From NCBI GenBank assembly GCA_963713045.1, contig CAVQKE010000001.1:256001-320000 (forward strand): DNA of 64,000 nucleotides, read 5' to 3'. The translations under genes and the position numbers were made by a program. The stretch is from an uncultured delta proteobacterium. Lineage in GTDB: Bacteria; Myxococcota; Myxococcia; Myxococcales; Myxococcaceae. Below the pieces are notes generated by a model that saw nothing but the letters and a program-made list of their open reading frames with translations, did no database searches and was not told where the DNA came from. Shown here one piece after another: positions 37,451 through 47,505 of this stretch (position 1 is the stretch's first letter; each line of letters opens with the position of its first letter).

Positions 37451-39041
37451 CTAGTGAGCGCCGATCGGGGCCCCCCCGGGGCGATTCTTCTTAATGAAGA
37501 GGAGTATCAGCGGTACCAACACCAGCGTGAGAACTGCAAACGACCGGATGATGTCTACATAGGACAGCAGCGCTGCCTGCTGTTGAATCGTCTGGTACAG
37601 TTGCGCGTAAGCGTGCTGCATCGCTTGTGCCGGTCCGCCGGAGGAGCCGGCCAAACTCTCAAGGCCGTTGAGTCGCTGCTGCAGCAGGGGATTCGAGGCA
37701 TAGGTGTGGTCCACCAAGTAATTTTGGTGGGCCTGGGATCGGCGAACCAGCATGGTGGTTAAGTAGGCGATGCCGACACTGCCGCCGATGTTGCGCGCCA
37801 AGTTGAGCAGACCCGAGACCTGGTTCGTCTGACTCTGCGGAATCCCAATGTAAGCAACGGTATTGATGGGGACGAAGAGAAACGCCAGAAACACTGCCTG
37901 AAATATCCGGTAAGAGGTCGCCGTCGGCATGTCGATGGCCAGGTTGAGGCTGGTCATGTAAAACAGCGCACTCGACAGTCCCGCGAAACCGAAGGCAATC
38001 AGGTATTTCGCCGGGACCCGCCCGACCAAAAAGCCCACCAGCGGCATCATCAACATGGTGGCGAATCCGCCCGGACTAAGCACCTCTCCGGCGCGTTCGG
38101 CAGTGTAGCCCATGAGCGTCTGGAGAAACTGAGGAAGCAGCACCGTCGACCCGTAGAGGGTGCCCCCCAATACGAACATGAGTGTCGTCGACGTCGCGAA
38201 GCTCGCATTGCGCAGGAGGCGAACGTTGACGATGGGGTTGTCGTGACCCATTTCCCAAATGACGGTCGAGATGAGGCAAATGACGGTCGCCATTCCGAAC
38301 AGGACGATGAGCGGAGAGGCAAACCAGTCGTCTTGCTGGCCCTTGTCTAGGACGACTTGAAGCGAGCCGAAGCCCACTGTCACAAGCAACAGCCCAATCC
38401 AGTCCACCCGGATGGTCCGCGACGCCTCGCGCTGCGCCTCCAGGTAGGGCGGGTCCTCAACCATGATGCCACTCAGCACCAGCGAAATGAGGCCGACCGG
38501 CACGTTGATGTAGAAAATCCACCGCCAACTGGCGTGGTCGACGATGAGGCCGCCCAGCGTCGGCCCAATCGCAGGAGCGAAGACGACTGCCAATCCATAC
38601 ATGGCAAAGGCCATGCCGCGGCGGGCCGGTGGAAAGGTGTCGGCGAGAATCGCTTGCTCACTCGGCGCGAGTCCTCCGCCACCGACTCCCTGAAGGACAC
38701 GAAAGAAAATCAGCCAGGGTAGCGAAGGGGCGAACCCGCATAGGAAGCTGCTCGCCGTGAAGAGAGCAACGCACGTCATGTAAAAGCGCTTCCGTCCAAC
38801 TCGGGTCGATAGCCAAGCGCTGATTGGCAGTACCACCGCGTTGGACACCAAGTACGAGGTCAGCACCCAGGTGGCCTCATCCTGGCTCGCGGAAAGGCCG
38901 CCCGAGATGCTGCGGGAGGGCAACGTTGGCAATGCTCGTGTCGAGCACCTCCATAAACGTCGCCAAGGTGACGGTAATGGCAATGGCCCAAGGGTTACGT
39001 CGCGGCTTCCAGACCGGTGCTGCTGTTCCGCCCTCTGCCAT
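37451..39041 (-). pseudogene. emrB: DHA2/EmrB MFS efflux permease with +1 frameshift near 38910
   Basis: N-terminus LATFMEVLDTSIANVALP is in one frame and ISGGLSASQDEATWVLTSYL... in another; deleting base 38910 restores ANVALPHISGG. Confidence 0.85.
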
Positions 39042-39063
39042 GGGGGCTCCGTCCCTTCTCGCC

Positions 39064-40383
39064 CTAGTTGGCGGCAGCGCCGGTTGCCCGGTCGAGTGCG
39101 ACGCGGGCAACGGCTCGCTCGTAGCGGGCGCGAGCCAAGTTCAGCCGAGCGGTGGTCAGCGCCGACTGCGCATCGAGCAGGTCGGTCGTCGTGCCGATGC
39201 CTGCTCGGACCTGAGCGCTGGTGACGCGGTAAGCTTCCTCCGCGCTGGCGATGGCCGTCTCCGCGACCTGCACTGCCACGAATTGCGCCTGAAGCTGGGC
39301 GTACTTGGTCGAGACCTCGTACGCCGCTTGCCGCCGCGCATCCTGAGAGAGAGCCTCGGCGGCATCCGCCTGGCGTTCCGCGCTTTTGGCGGCATAGTAC
39401 GTGGCACCCCACGTCCAGAACGGCCAGCTGACGAGAAATCCAACGTAGGTCTGGTTCTCCGGGAAGAAAATCTGGCCCTTGGTCCACTGGTAGGCGGCCT
39501 GGAAGCTCAGCTCCGGAAGAAGCGCGGCGTACAGCGACTTATCGTTGTCGCGAGCGGCCTCGGCTTGGGATAGGGCACGCGCCACCTCAGGCCGTTGGCC
39601 CAACGATTGGTTAATCAGCGCATCCACCGACTGAGGCACTGGTTCGCCAGCCAACCGTTCTAGGTCCTCCGGCTCGATGAATTGAATGCTCGGGTCCTCA
39701 GGATTGCGCGCCAGGTATGTAAGGAGCGCTTGGCGGTCGACCAGTGCGTCTGTCTTGGCCTGGATGAATTGCTGCTGGGCATTCGCAGCAGCAGTCTTGA
39801 AACGCAGCAAGTCGGCGTTGGTGATGGTGCCGGCGCGGTAGCGCGCCTCAGCGTCATGGACCTGCTGATCGAGCTCATCGAGGCTGGCCTGGGCGATGCT
39901 CTGCTGCGCCAGCGCCTCAAAGAGTCGGAGGTAGGTGGTGCGCACCTGCTCGCCCAGCGAGGCCGCGACCGCCTGCGCATCGGAGCGACTTGCGTCCGCC
40001 GAATGGTTGGCCGATGCGACTGTGAATCCGAGATGCACCAACCCGAGCAGTGGTTGGTTCGCCGAGACGATCAGTGCGTTGGTATTCAAGTTGCGGACTG
40101 GAATGTTCTGGCCCGGCTGCCCTGAGACGTTGACGGTGAAGGGCGCATTGAAATGCTGCCACTGCTCGGTGCCACTGAGCGCGGGCAACAGGTTGCCCCG
40201 AGCGCTGCGAGAGGTGTCGTCGGCGCTGTCAGCGCGCAATTGAGCGGCACGCAGCTGATCGTTGACACGGAACGCCTCCTGCACGGCTTGCTCAACCGTC
40301 AGCTGAGTCACGCTCTGCGCGTCGGCCAGTCCCCTTGGCCCGAGAAAAGCTGTCGCGAGGAGCAGCAGGGGCGATAGTCGCAT
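39064..40383 (-). CDS. TolC-family outer-membrane efflux protein
   Basis: Signal peptide, coiled-coil repeats, YRAGTI..ADL and GIGTTTDLLDAQ. Confidence 0.88.
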   Translation of the reverse strand: MRLSPLLLLATAFLGPRGLADAQSVTQLTVEQAVQEAFRVNDQLRAAQLRADSADDTSRSARGNLLPALSGTEQWQHFNAPFTVNVSGQPGQNIPVRNLNTNALIVSANQPLLGLVHLGFTVASANHSADASRSDAQAVAASLGEQVRTTYLRLFEALAQQSIAQASLDELDQQVHDAEARYRAGTITNADLLRFKTAAANAQQQFIQAKTDALVDRQALLTYLARNPEDPSIQFIEPEDLERLAGEPVPQSVDALINQSLGQRPEVARALSQAEAARDNDKSLYAALLPELSFQAAYQWTKGQIFFPENQTYVGFLVSWPFWTWGATYYAAKSAERQADAAEALSQDARRQAAYEVSTKYAQLQAQFVAVQVAETAIASAEEAYRVTSAQVRAGIGTTTDLLDAQSALTTARLNLARARYERAVARVALDRATGAAAN

Positions 40384-40391
40384 AGGGCCCT

Positions 40392-41609
40392 TCACTCGTT
40401 GACGTGGACGGTGACTTCCGCCGATTGGCCAGCCCGAAGAACTACGCCAGCCGGGACGGAATCCAGCGTGATGCGGACTGGGATTCTTTGAGTAATCTTG
40501 ACGAAGTTGCCGGTGGCATTGTCCGGGGGCAGCAGAGAGAAGCGCGCACCAGTCCCGCCGGCGAGGCTCTCCACCTTTCCGGCCAGCGTCTTCCCCGTCC
40601 CATCGACGGAGACGTCCGCCGGTTGCCCGGGGTGCATCTTCGCAACCTGTGTCTCTTTGAAATTGGCCACCACGTATTTCTTGTCCGGCACAAAGCTGGC
40701 GACCGTCTGCCCCGCGGCCAGCGTCGTCCCGGGATAGGCGGTCAGCCGACTGACCACGCCGTCCCCCGGGGACAGCAGCCGCGTCCAAGCTAGATTGAGG
40801 TTGGCCAGTGCGAGCGCGGCCTCGGCGCTTTTGACGCGAGCGTGTTGGTAGGCAGCGTTCGCATTGGCCGCCGCAATCAGTGCGTCCACTGGGCGGCTGA
40901 CCACGACGCGGCCCTCGGCCTCGGTCACCTGCGACTGGCTGCGGAGCAGCTGCTCCTCGGCGGCAGTGACGCTGGCTTGAGCTGCTACCACCCCCGCCTT
41001 CGCCGAGTCGTAGGTAGCGAAGTATTGGTCTGCCTGCTGTTGAGGGATGGCGTTGTCTTTAAGCAGACTTCGGGCCCGCTCGACGTTGGTTTCGGCCAGC
41101 TTCAGGTCAGCCTGTCGGCTCACCAGCGTGGCTCGCGCCTGCTCCACCTGGGCTCGCGAGTTGGAAACGGACCGGTTGGTGCCGGTGAGACTGGCCTCCG
41201 CCTGGGAAAGTCCGCCATGGGCGCCGGCTGCGGCGACGGCCGCCTGTGCATCGGCGGCATCCGCCTGAGCACGGGCGCTGTCCAACTCGGCCTCGGACTG
41301 CTGAACCTTAGCCAAATAGTCCGAGTCGTCCAGCTGGAGGATGAGGTCGCCCGTCTTGACGTGCTGGTTCTCGGCAATGGCGACTTTGACGACTTGGCCG
41401 CCGACCCGGAGGGCGAGGGGGACATAATCGGCATCCACCTGTGCGTCGTCGGTCGATTCCTTCCCCAGGCCGAGGAGAACCACGACCACTGCCCCCAGCA
41501 CGACTACCCCGACGACCATCCCAATAAGGACGGGCGGCGTGAGCTTCCGTTTCGCGCCCGACTCGACCTCTGCAGCCTGCTTCGGCTGCGCCAGTGCGGC
41601 CTCGGCCAT
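40392..41609 (-). CDS. emrA: EmrA/HlyD family membrane fusion protein
   Basis: ESTDDAQV, ANFKETQ, FSLLPPDNATGNFVK..QRIPVRI. Confidence 0.92.
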   Translation of the reverse strand: MAEAALAQPKQAAEVESGAKRKLTPPVLIGMVVGVVVLGAVVVVLLGLGKESTDDAQVDADYVPLALRVGGQVVKVAIAENQHVKTGDLILQLDDSDYLAKVQQSEAELDSARAQADAADAQAAVAAAGAHGGLSQAEASLTGTNRSVSNSRAQVEQARATLVSRQADLKLAETNVERARSLLKDNAIPQQQADQYFATYDSAKAGVVAAQASVTAAEEQLLRSQSQVTEAEGRVVVSRPVDALIAAANANAAYQHARVKSAEAALALANLNLAWTRLLSPGDGVVSRLTAYPGTTLAAGQTVASFVPDKKYVVANFKETQVAKMHPGQPADVSVDGTGKTLAGKVESLAGGTGARFSLLPPDNATGNFVKITQRIPVRITLDSVPAGVVLRAGQSAEVTVHVNE

Positions 41610-41684
41610 GCCCGTCTCCCTCGTTAAGGCCGGTCCTTTAACCGACGTCGTTTAGGTGTCAACCAATTCTGTGTGAAAAACGGT

Positions 41685-42230
41685 TTAGCCCGTGGCCGGC
41701 GCACGCCGGGCTCGAGCGGGCGCCCCGGAAGCGCTGAGAAGGGGCAGCGCGGCGTACAGCCGCCTGAGGGCGGCTCCCAACGTTACGCGCTCCGCGGGCG
41801 AGAGGACGGACATGTACGCAACCACTCGGGCCATGTAGGCGGGAAGCGCGCGCGCGAGGAGACGACGCCCGCGAGGCACCAAAGCGACGTAGTACTTGCG
41901 CCGGTCTGTCGGGTGCGCAACACGCCGCACCAGCCCTGCCCGTTCGGCTCCGCGGACCAACCCCGAGATGGCCCCGCGCGTCACGAGCAACCGTGAAGCA
42001 AGTGCGGACGGAAGTAAGCGTCCGGAGGGCTCGGTATAAAGCTGCATCAGCAGTGCCCATTTGGCGTCGGTGAGACCTAAGCCCTCAAAATTGGACTCCA
42101 AGGCGGCATAGGCGTCGCGAGCCACGCGAAGGAGCTCGAGCAGCATCAGCACGGCTTCGGCATCGGTACGACTGCCGAGAAGTTTCTCCACCCGGGCAGC
42201 GTCCGGCAACTCTCGAAGGAGCAGGGACAC
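41685..42230 (-). CDS. MarR family regulator
   Basis: wHTH with GLVRR...DRR; heads the efflux operon. Confidence 0.88.
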   Translation of the reverse strand: MSLLLRELPDAARVEKLLGSRTDAEAVLMLLELLRVARDAYAALESNFEGLGLTDAKWALLMQLYTEPSGRLLPSALASRLLVTRGAISGLVRGAERAGLVRRVAHPTDRRKYYVALVPRGRRLLARALPAYMARVVAYMSVLSPAERVTLGAALRRLYAALPLLSASGAPARARRAPATG

Positions 42231-42398
42231 GTCACCCGTCCGTTCCGGCGCTGCCCCGGACTTGCTGGCTCGTTGCGGCCGGAATTACCGACAGCGCCGC
42301 GGCGAGCTTTCTAGCCCGTTGGGGTTGCCTTCGGAGCAAATTCACCAGGCTGCGGCCTCTGCCCTCTGCCAGCGCCGCCAATGTCTCGTTGAGCGAGC

Positions 42399-42836
42399 TC
42401 ACCGGTTGGGGCTACGGAGCCGTTGCATAAACCACCACTGGTGGCCCTCGACATCCTCGGCCTGGTAGCCGCGGTCTTCCCAGTGGTCTTCGCCGTAGTC
42501 GACCGACGTCGGCTCGGAGACGATTTTTGCTCCCGCGTCCCGAGCGCGCGAGCAGTGGGCTTCCACGTCGTCGACATAAACCATCAAGTTTTGGGTGTTG
42601 GCGCCGCCCAAGGCGCGCGGACTGCGTCGGAAGGGATATTTCGCCCGGGGCCCGGCCACCATCACCACACCCTCGCCATAGACCAGCTCGGAGTGCTCGA
42701 TGACCCCATTTTCGCCCTCGACCTTCAGGCGAACCTCAAAACCGAAGGCGCGACATAGCCAGTCGATGGCCTTGGCCGGGGCCTCGTAATAGAGAGCCGC
42801 CGAAATCCGCGGCCAGCCGGGTGGAGCGTCTCGCAT
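42399..42836 (-). CDS. VOC/glyoxalase family protein
   Basis: AIDWLCRAFGF, HSEL, YVDDVEAH, DVEGHQWWF. Confidence 0.88.
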   Translation of the reverse strand: MRDAPPGWPRISAALYYEAPAKAIDWLCRAFGFEVRLKVEGENGVIEHSELVYGEGVVMVAGPRAKYPFRRSPRALGGANTQNLMVYVDDVEAHCSRARDAGAKIVSEPTSVDYGEDHWEDRGYQAEDVEGHQWWFMQRLRSPNR

Positions 42837-42883
42837 GGGCCCCTCGTCACGACTGCATTTGCGCGAAACATTTGCTTTAGTCA

Positions 42884-42897
42884 TTGACGGTTGTCAA
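42884..42897. promoter_or_regulatory. TTGAC-N4-GTCAA palindrome (CRP/FNR-like box or -35 element)
   Basis: Perfect 5-4-5 inverted repeat in a divergent intergenic region. Confidence 0.4.
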
Positions 42898-43070
42898 ACG
42901 CGTGCGCGAACCAAGGGCGGCGGCCAATCGGTCCGCTCGGACCGTGCATTCCGCTCACAGCCTCGCCGCGAGCTCTCCGGCAGACCGCCAGCAGCTGAAC
43001 GGTGTCGACGTCGTTGCTCGAAAGGCTTCTCCCCTTTCGGTTCCAGTCCGTCTGCGGCGATGATGAGGGG

Positions 43071-43979
43071 GTGAAGCCCTCGCCGACGCTCTCACCGCTT
43101 CTGAAGCTGTCCCATGTGCTGTTCGACTGGCTTCATAACCGGTGGGAGAGCCGGCGAGTGCAGACCGCTCTGGCCACCGCGCTGGTGGCTACCTTCATCG
43201 GCGCGCTGCTGCTGATTGAAGCTCGACGCCGAGGCTGGCTCCCCGCAGCGCTTGCGTCGCATGTACCGACTAACCACTTCGATTCGGTCCAACTGGCCTT
43301 CACTCTGCTGCTCGCCATCGAGGTCATCAGTCTGGTTTTCGGGCTGTCCGGCACCACCGGAAACACCATGGGCAGACAGTTCGAAATCCTCTCCCTCATC
43401 TTGCTGCGGCAGTCCCTCGGCGAGTTGGTGAATTTTCCGGAGCCCATTTACTGGGACGCTGTCAGGGACGCCGTTCCTCGGATGGCAGCCGACGCAACGG
43501 CGGCGGTCCTCATCTTTTTCCTGGTGGGCGTCTTCTACGCCCTGCAGCGTCGGACTGAATCCCAACTCTCCGAGGAGGCCCGGGCCAGCTTTACCGCCTC
43601 CAAGGAGATGGTGGCTCTCGTGCTGTTGGCGATGTTTGCCGGTCTCGCCCTCAAAGCCGTGACGGGGGGGATGGAACCCGCTCGGGCGTCTCAACGTGCC
43701 GGGTACTTCTTTGAGCAGTTCTACACGGTCCTCATCTTCGCCGACATCCTCGTGGTGCTGCTCGCACTCCGCCACAGCTTCGCCTACGACTTGGTGCTAC
43801 GGAATTCGGGCTTCGCGGCGGTGACCGTCCTCATCCGACTGGCCCTCACGGCTCCGCCCTTCGTCAACGGCATACTCGGCGTGGGCGCCACCCTGTTGGG
43901 CATCGCGCTGACCTGGGTTTACAACCGCAATGTCCCCGTTCCCCGGCCTCCCGACCGCCTCGAGGCAGCAACTCGTTGA
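43071..43979 (+). CDS. Hypothetical membrane protein
   Basis: GAGGGG RBS + GTG; 7-8 TM segments; QFEILSLILLR, RNSGF. Confidence 0.7.
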   Translation: MKPSPTLSPLLKLSHVLFDWLHNRWESRRVQTALATALVATFIGALLLIEARRRGWLPAALASHVPTNHFDSVQLAFTLLLAIEVISLVFGLSGTTGNTMGRQFEILSLILLRQSLGELVNFPEPIYWDAVRDAVPRMAADATAAVLIFFLVGVFYALQRRTESQLSEEARASFTASKEMVALVLLAMFAGLALKAVTGGMEPARASQRAGYFFEQFYTVLIFADILVVLLALRHSFAYDLVLRNSGFAAVTVLIRLALTAPPFVNGILGVGATLLGIALTWVYNRNVPVPRPPDRLEAATR

Positions 43980-44002
43980 GGTTCGCGTACACTGTCGGCG
44001 GC

Positions 44003-44707
44003 GTGTCCAGCACACTTGCCATCATCGGAGTCCGGGGCCTTGGCAGAGAGATTGCCCTGCACTTCGCGCGCGAGGGCTGGCGGGTCCTTTGTGCGGCCCG
44101 CACGGCCGCCGCGGTCGACCAACTCGCCCGGGAGGTCAGCAGCGCCGGCGGAATCGGCCTGCCGGTCGTCTGTGACATCACCGACCCAAAGTCACTGGCT
44201 TCATTTTCCGCAGAGGCGGTCGACCTGGTGGTTGCCGCTCAAACCTCGGGCGGACGCTTTGGCTCCCTCCCGCTCTTGGACCTTCAAGACGCTGAGCTGG
44301 CGCAGGGCTTTTCGAGCTACGTCCAGGGTACGTGGAATCTCCTTAGGGCATTTGGTCCCGGCCTGCTGTCCCGAGGCCGGGGCACCTTCCTTCAGATGGG
44401 CACCTCCTCCGGAATTCGCACCAAGGAGGGCTTCGCTGCTCTCGGTGCGGTGCAGCACGGCCTCCGCGCACTGGTTCAAGTCGCAGCCCGGGAATGGCGT
44501 CCGCGCGGCGTCCACGTCGCCTATGTCCCCATCGACGGCCCAATCGCCAGCCAGGCAGCCGCAGCCCATGGCCGGGCCACCGAGCGTCTGCTGACGCCGG
44601 CCGCCATCGCGCGAGCCTGCGCGTACCTTCATGCGCAGACTCCAGACGCCTGGACGCACGAATTGGTCTTGCGGCCAGCGGGGGGCGACTGGACGGCCCC
44701 CACTTGA
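44003..44707 (+). CDS. SDR-family oxidoreductase (atypical)
   Basis: GVRGLGREIA, GVHVAYVPIDG, AWTHELVLRP. Confidence 0.8.
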   Translation: MSSTLAIIGVRGLGREIALHFAREGWRVLCAARTAAAVDQLAREVSSAGGIGLPVVCDITDPKSLASFSAEAVDLVVAAQTSGGRFGSLPLLDLQDAELAQGFSSYVQGTWNLLRAFGPGLLSRGRGTFLQMGTSSGIRTKEGFAALGAVQHGLRALVQVAAREWRPRGVHVAYVPIDGPIASQAAAAHGRATERLLTPAAIARACAYLHAQTPDAWTHELVLRPAGGDWTAPT

Positions 44708-44722
44708 GCGGCCGCTGGCGCG

Positions 44723-45562
44723 GTGCGCTTCGGCTTCGACATGTTCGGCTTCGCATTGATGCCCCTTGTGCTCCTGGTCGAAGCCGCGGAGCCCACGGTC
44801 GGAAGTGCCTCCAGGGCCGATGTGCCCAGCGCCGCCACCACCAGCGGGCCTAGCTCCGTCTATCAACTGCAGCCCTGGGCGGATGGTCTGCTGCTCGCGT
44901 CCACCACGGCCACTTGGGTCTTCCTCGAAGCGGAAGGCCCCTCCTGGGTGACTCCGCAATGCCCGTGCGCAGCGGCAGACGTTCCGAGCTTTGACCGGGT
45001 CGCGCTTCATTGGCACAGCGCGGCGGCCGACACGGCGAGCACCATCACCGAGGTGTTGGCTCTGCTTGCGCCGATTGGCGTGGACTTAGTCGACGTGGGG
45101 CTGAGCCAGGCCTTCCTGGAGGACATGGTGGTTTACGCCGAAGTCCTCTCCATCAGCGGAACGCTGACCGCCGCCGCGAAATACTCCTTCCAGAGGCCCC
45201 GACCCAACGTCTACGCCACCACCTCGACCGCGGTCCTCCATTCCCCGGCGAGCTACACCAGTTTTCTTTCCGGACATGCCAGCATCACTTTCGGTGCGCT
45301 GACCACGCTCGCCATGACCGAGTCGCTTCGGCACGGGCCGACGCTGTGGCCCTGGCTTGTCGTGGCCGTCGTGGGGGCCAGCGTCGCCGTTGAGCGCGTG
45401 CTGGCCGGACAGCACTTCCCGTCTGACGTCTTGGCTGGGGCTGCGCTGGGCGTCGGGACGGGCGCGCTTGTACCCGTGTTCCACCTCCGACCTCCTGCCC
45501 CGCAGGTAGCGCTGGTCCTCCGCCCCGGCGGAGGCGAGCTCGAGCTGTCGTGCCGCTGGTAG
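44723..45562 (+). CDS. PAP2 family phosphatase
   Basis: K...RPRP, SFLSGHA, RVLAGQHFPSDV. Confidence 0.88.
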   Translation: MRFGFDMFGFALMPLVLLVEAAEPTVGSASRADVPSAATTSGPSSVYQLQPWADGLLLASTTATWVFLEAEGPSWVTPQCPCAAADVPSFDRVALHWHSAAADTASTITEVLALLAPIGVDLVDVGLSQAFLEDMVVYAEVLSISGTLTAAAKYSFQRPRPNVYATTSTAVLHSPASYTSFLSGHASITFGALTTLAMTESLRHGPTLWPWLVVAVVGASVAVERVLAGQHFPSDVLAGAALGVGTGALVPVFHLRPPAPQVALVLRPGGGELELSCRW

Positions 45563-45702
45563 CAGCTTCCTGGCGGTGTCGTTTCTCCAGGCCATCCGTT
45601 CCTGCAAAAAGACCGGCGCGGAAAATTCCGCGCGAAAAAAAGCGCGAGCCTCGGCGGTAAAGAGGGGCTATTCCGGCGAAAACGCCTCTCCCCTTCGGCT
45701 CC

Positions 45703-46482
45703 ATGTCCCTCGGCTACACGCGCTTCGGGCTGTTGGTTGCGCTGGCGCTGGTTCCTGCACGCGCTTTGGCCCAGGACAATTTCGAGATTCAAGTCTACGA
45801 CAGCGAGACCGCCGGCCCCTGGCACGTCGGCCTGGAAACTCATCTCATCTATTTGGCGAGTGGGACGACGGTGACGTCCCCCGACGGCCAAGCTCCGACC
45901 GAACACCAATTCCACCTGACGTTTGAGCCCCATTTGGGGATCGGCACATGGGTCGAGCTTGGGATGTATTTGCAGTTTGCCGTGCTCCCCCAAGCCGGCT
46001 TCGAATACGCCGGCGTCAAGCTGCGTTGCAAGCTTCGCCTGGACCAAAAGCTCGCCGGCGCCATCGGCTTGGCCATCAATTTCGAGATTTCAGATGTGCC
46101 CCGTCAATTCGAGCCCAACGTCTGGGGCAGTGAAATCCGGCCCATCATCGACGGACGGTGGGGCTTCTTCTACGCCGCGGTGAACCCGATTGTGGACATT
46201 GACCTCAACGGTATCAACGCGGGACTTCCTCAGTTCGAGCCAGCGGCAAAGCTGGCGTTCACCGTCGTCGGCTCCCTCGCGCTGGGGCTGGAGTACTACG
46301 GCGCCTACGGCCCCATCACGAAAACGCTGCCCATTTCCGAGTCGACCAATCGACTCTTTGCTGCGCTCGACTTTGCCTCAGACTATTTCGACTTAAATTT
46401 CGGCGTTGGCTACGGCTTCACCGGACCCGAAAAGCTGATTGTGAAGGCCATCCTTGGCTTTCACGGGAAAGAGGGCCCCTGA
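45703..46482 (+). CDS. Hypothetical outer-membrane beta-barrel protein
   Basis: Signal peptide ALA-Q; DNFEIQVY, EIRPIID, GLEYYG, LNFGVGYG. Confidence 0.7.
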   Translation: MSLGYTRFGLLVALALVPARALAQDNFEIQVYDSETAGPWHVGLETHLIYLASGTTVTSPDGQAPTEHQFHLTFEPHLGIGTWVELGMYLQFAVLPQAGFEYAGVKLRCKLRLDQKLAGAIGLAINFEISDVPRQFEPNVWGSEIRPIIDGRWGFFYAAVNPIVDIDLNGINAGLPQFEPAAKLAFTVVGSLALGLEYYGAYGPITKTLPISESTNRLFAALDFASDYFDLNFGVGYGFTGPEKLIVKAILGFHGKEGP

Positions 46483-46579
46483 GCGAGCGGGCCCCGAGGG
46501 AGAAGCGGGGGGAAGCGCGCAACGGTGTGTTGCCCATGGGGCAACGAGCCCCGGAGGCCCGGCGGATTAAAGGAAAGGC

Positions 46580-47458
46580 ATGAATCAGCTACGCAGAGTT
46601 TCCAGCGTCGTGACCGCTCACCGTCAGACGGAAGGGGGTGGCTTCGTCGTTCGCCGCCCCTACCCCACTACAGGGCTCGACTCGGTGGACCCCTTCCTCC
46701 TGCTGGACGAGATGGGGCCGGTCGACTACGGACCCGGAGAAGCAGTGGGCGCCCCCGACCATCCCCACCGGGGCTTTGAGACGGTGACCTACCTCCTCGA
46801 AGGAGAGGGGGAGCACCAGGACTCGGCGGGGCACGCCGGGACGCTCGGCCCGGGGGACGTCCAGTGGATGACCGCCGGGTCGGGCGTGGTGCATTCCGAG
46901 CTGCCTTCCCGTCGCATTCTGGAGAAGGGAGGTCGCGTCCACGGCTTTCAAGTCTGGGTCAACCTACCTCGCCGCGACAAATTCATCAGTCCCCGCTACC
47001 AGGAGATTCCGGCGGCGGCCATTCCCGTCGGCCGTTCAGCGGACGGCCTGGCCGAAGTCCGCGTGGTGGCCGGCGAGGCGCTGGGCGCTCAAGCTGTCAT
47101 TGAGACGCGGACGCCAATTTACTTCCAGGATTGGACGCTTCGACCCGGCGCCGAAGTCATCCTCACCTTGCCTCAGGACCATCAAGCGTCGGCCTACGTA
47201 TTTTCCGGCGAAGCGCTGGTCGCCGGCAGGCCGATCCGCGACGGCCAGCTCGCCCTACTGACTGCCGGAGACGCGGTGCAACTCGCTGCTTCCGGGAGCG
47301 CCTCGGCGCCGACCCGACTGCTGTTGCTCTCCGGCGTCCCCCTCCGGGAACCGGTGGCTCGCTACGGGCCTTTTGTCATGAATACCCCTGAGGAAATCCA
47401 CCAAGCCATCTTCGACTTTCAGGCGGGCCGTATGGGGGAAATCCGTCGGAGCCCTTGA
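46580..47458 (+). CDS. Pirin family protein
   Basis: DPFLLLD, HPHRGFETVTY, WMTAGSGVVHSE, GPFVMNT. Confidence 0.95.
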   Translation: MNQLRRVSSVVTAHRQTEGGGFVVRRPYPTTGLDSVDPFLLLDEMGPVDYGPGEAVGAPDHPHRGFETVTYLLEGEGEHQDSAGHAGTLGPGDVQWMTAGSGVVHSELPSRRILEKGGRVHGFQVWVNLPRRDKFISPRYQEIPAAAIPVGRSADGLAEVRVVAGEALGAQAVIETRTPIYFQDWTLRPGAEVILTLPQDHQASAYVFSGEALVAGRPIRDGQLALLTAGDAVQLAASGSASAPTRLLLLSGVPLREPVARYGPFVMNTPEEIHQAIFDFQAGRMGEIRRSP

Positions 47459-47505
47459 AGGGGTCCAGCGCGCCTAGGAGGTGCTTCGTCGTCCAACGGC
47501 GAAGC

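Noticed and set aside
39042..39487. N-terminal part of the 678-aa ORF 37451..39487
   Set aside because: Out-of-frame overlap with tolC; an artefact of the emrB frameshift.
45616..45633. GCGCGGAA-AA-TTCCGCGC as an intrinsic terminator
   Set aside because: Two-base loop and no U-tract on the coding strand; could be an operator (a similar shape lies at 22681-22700) but is unsupported.
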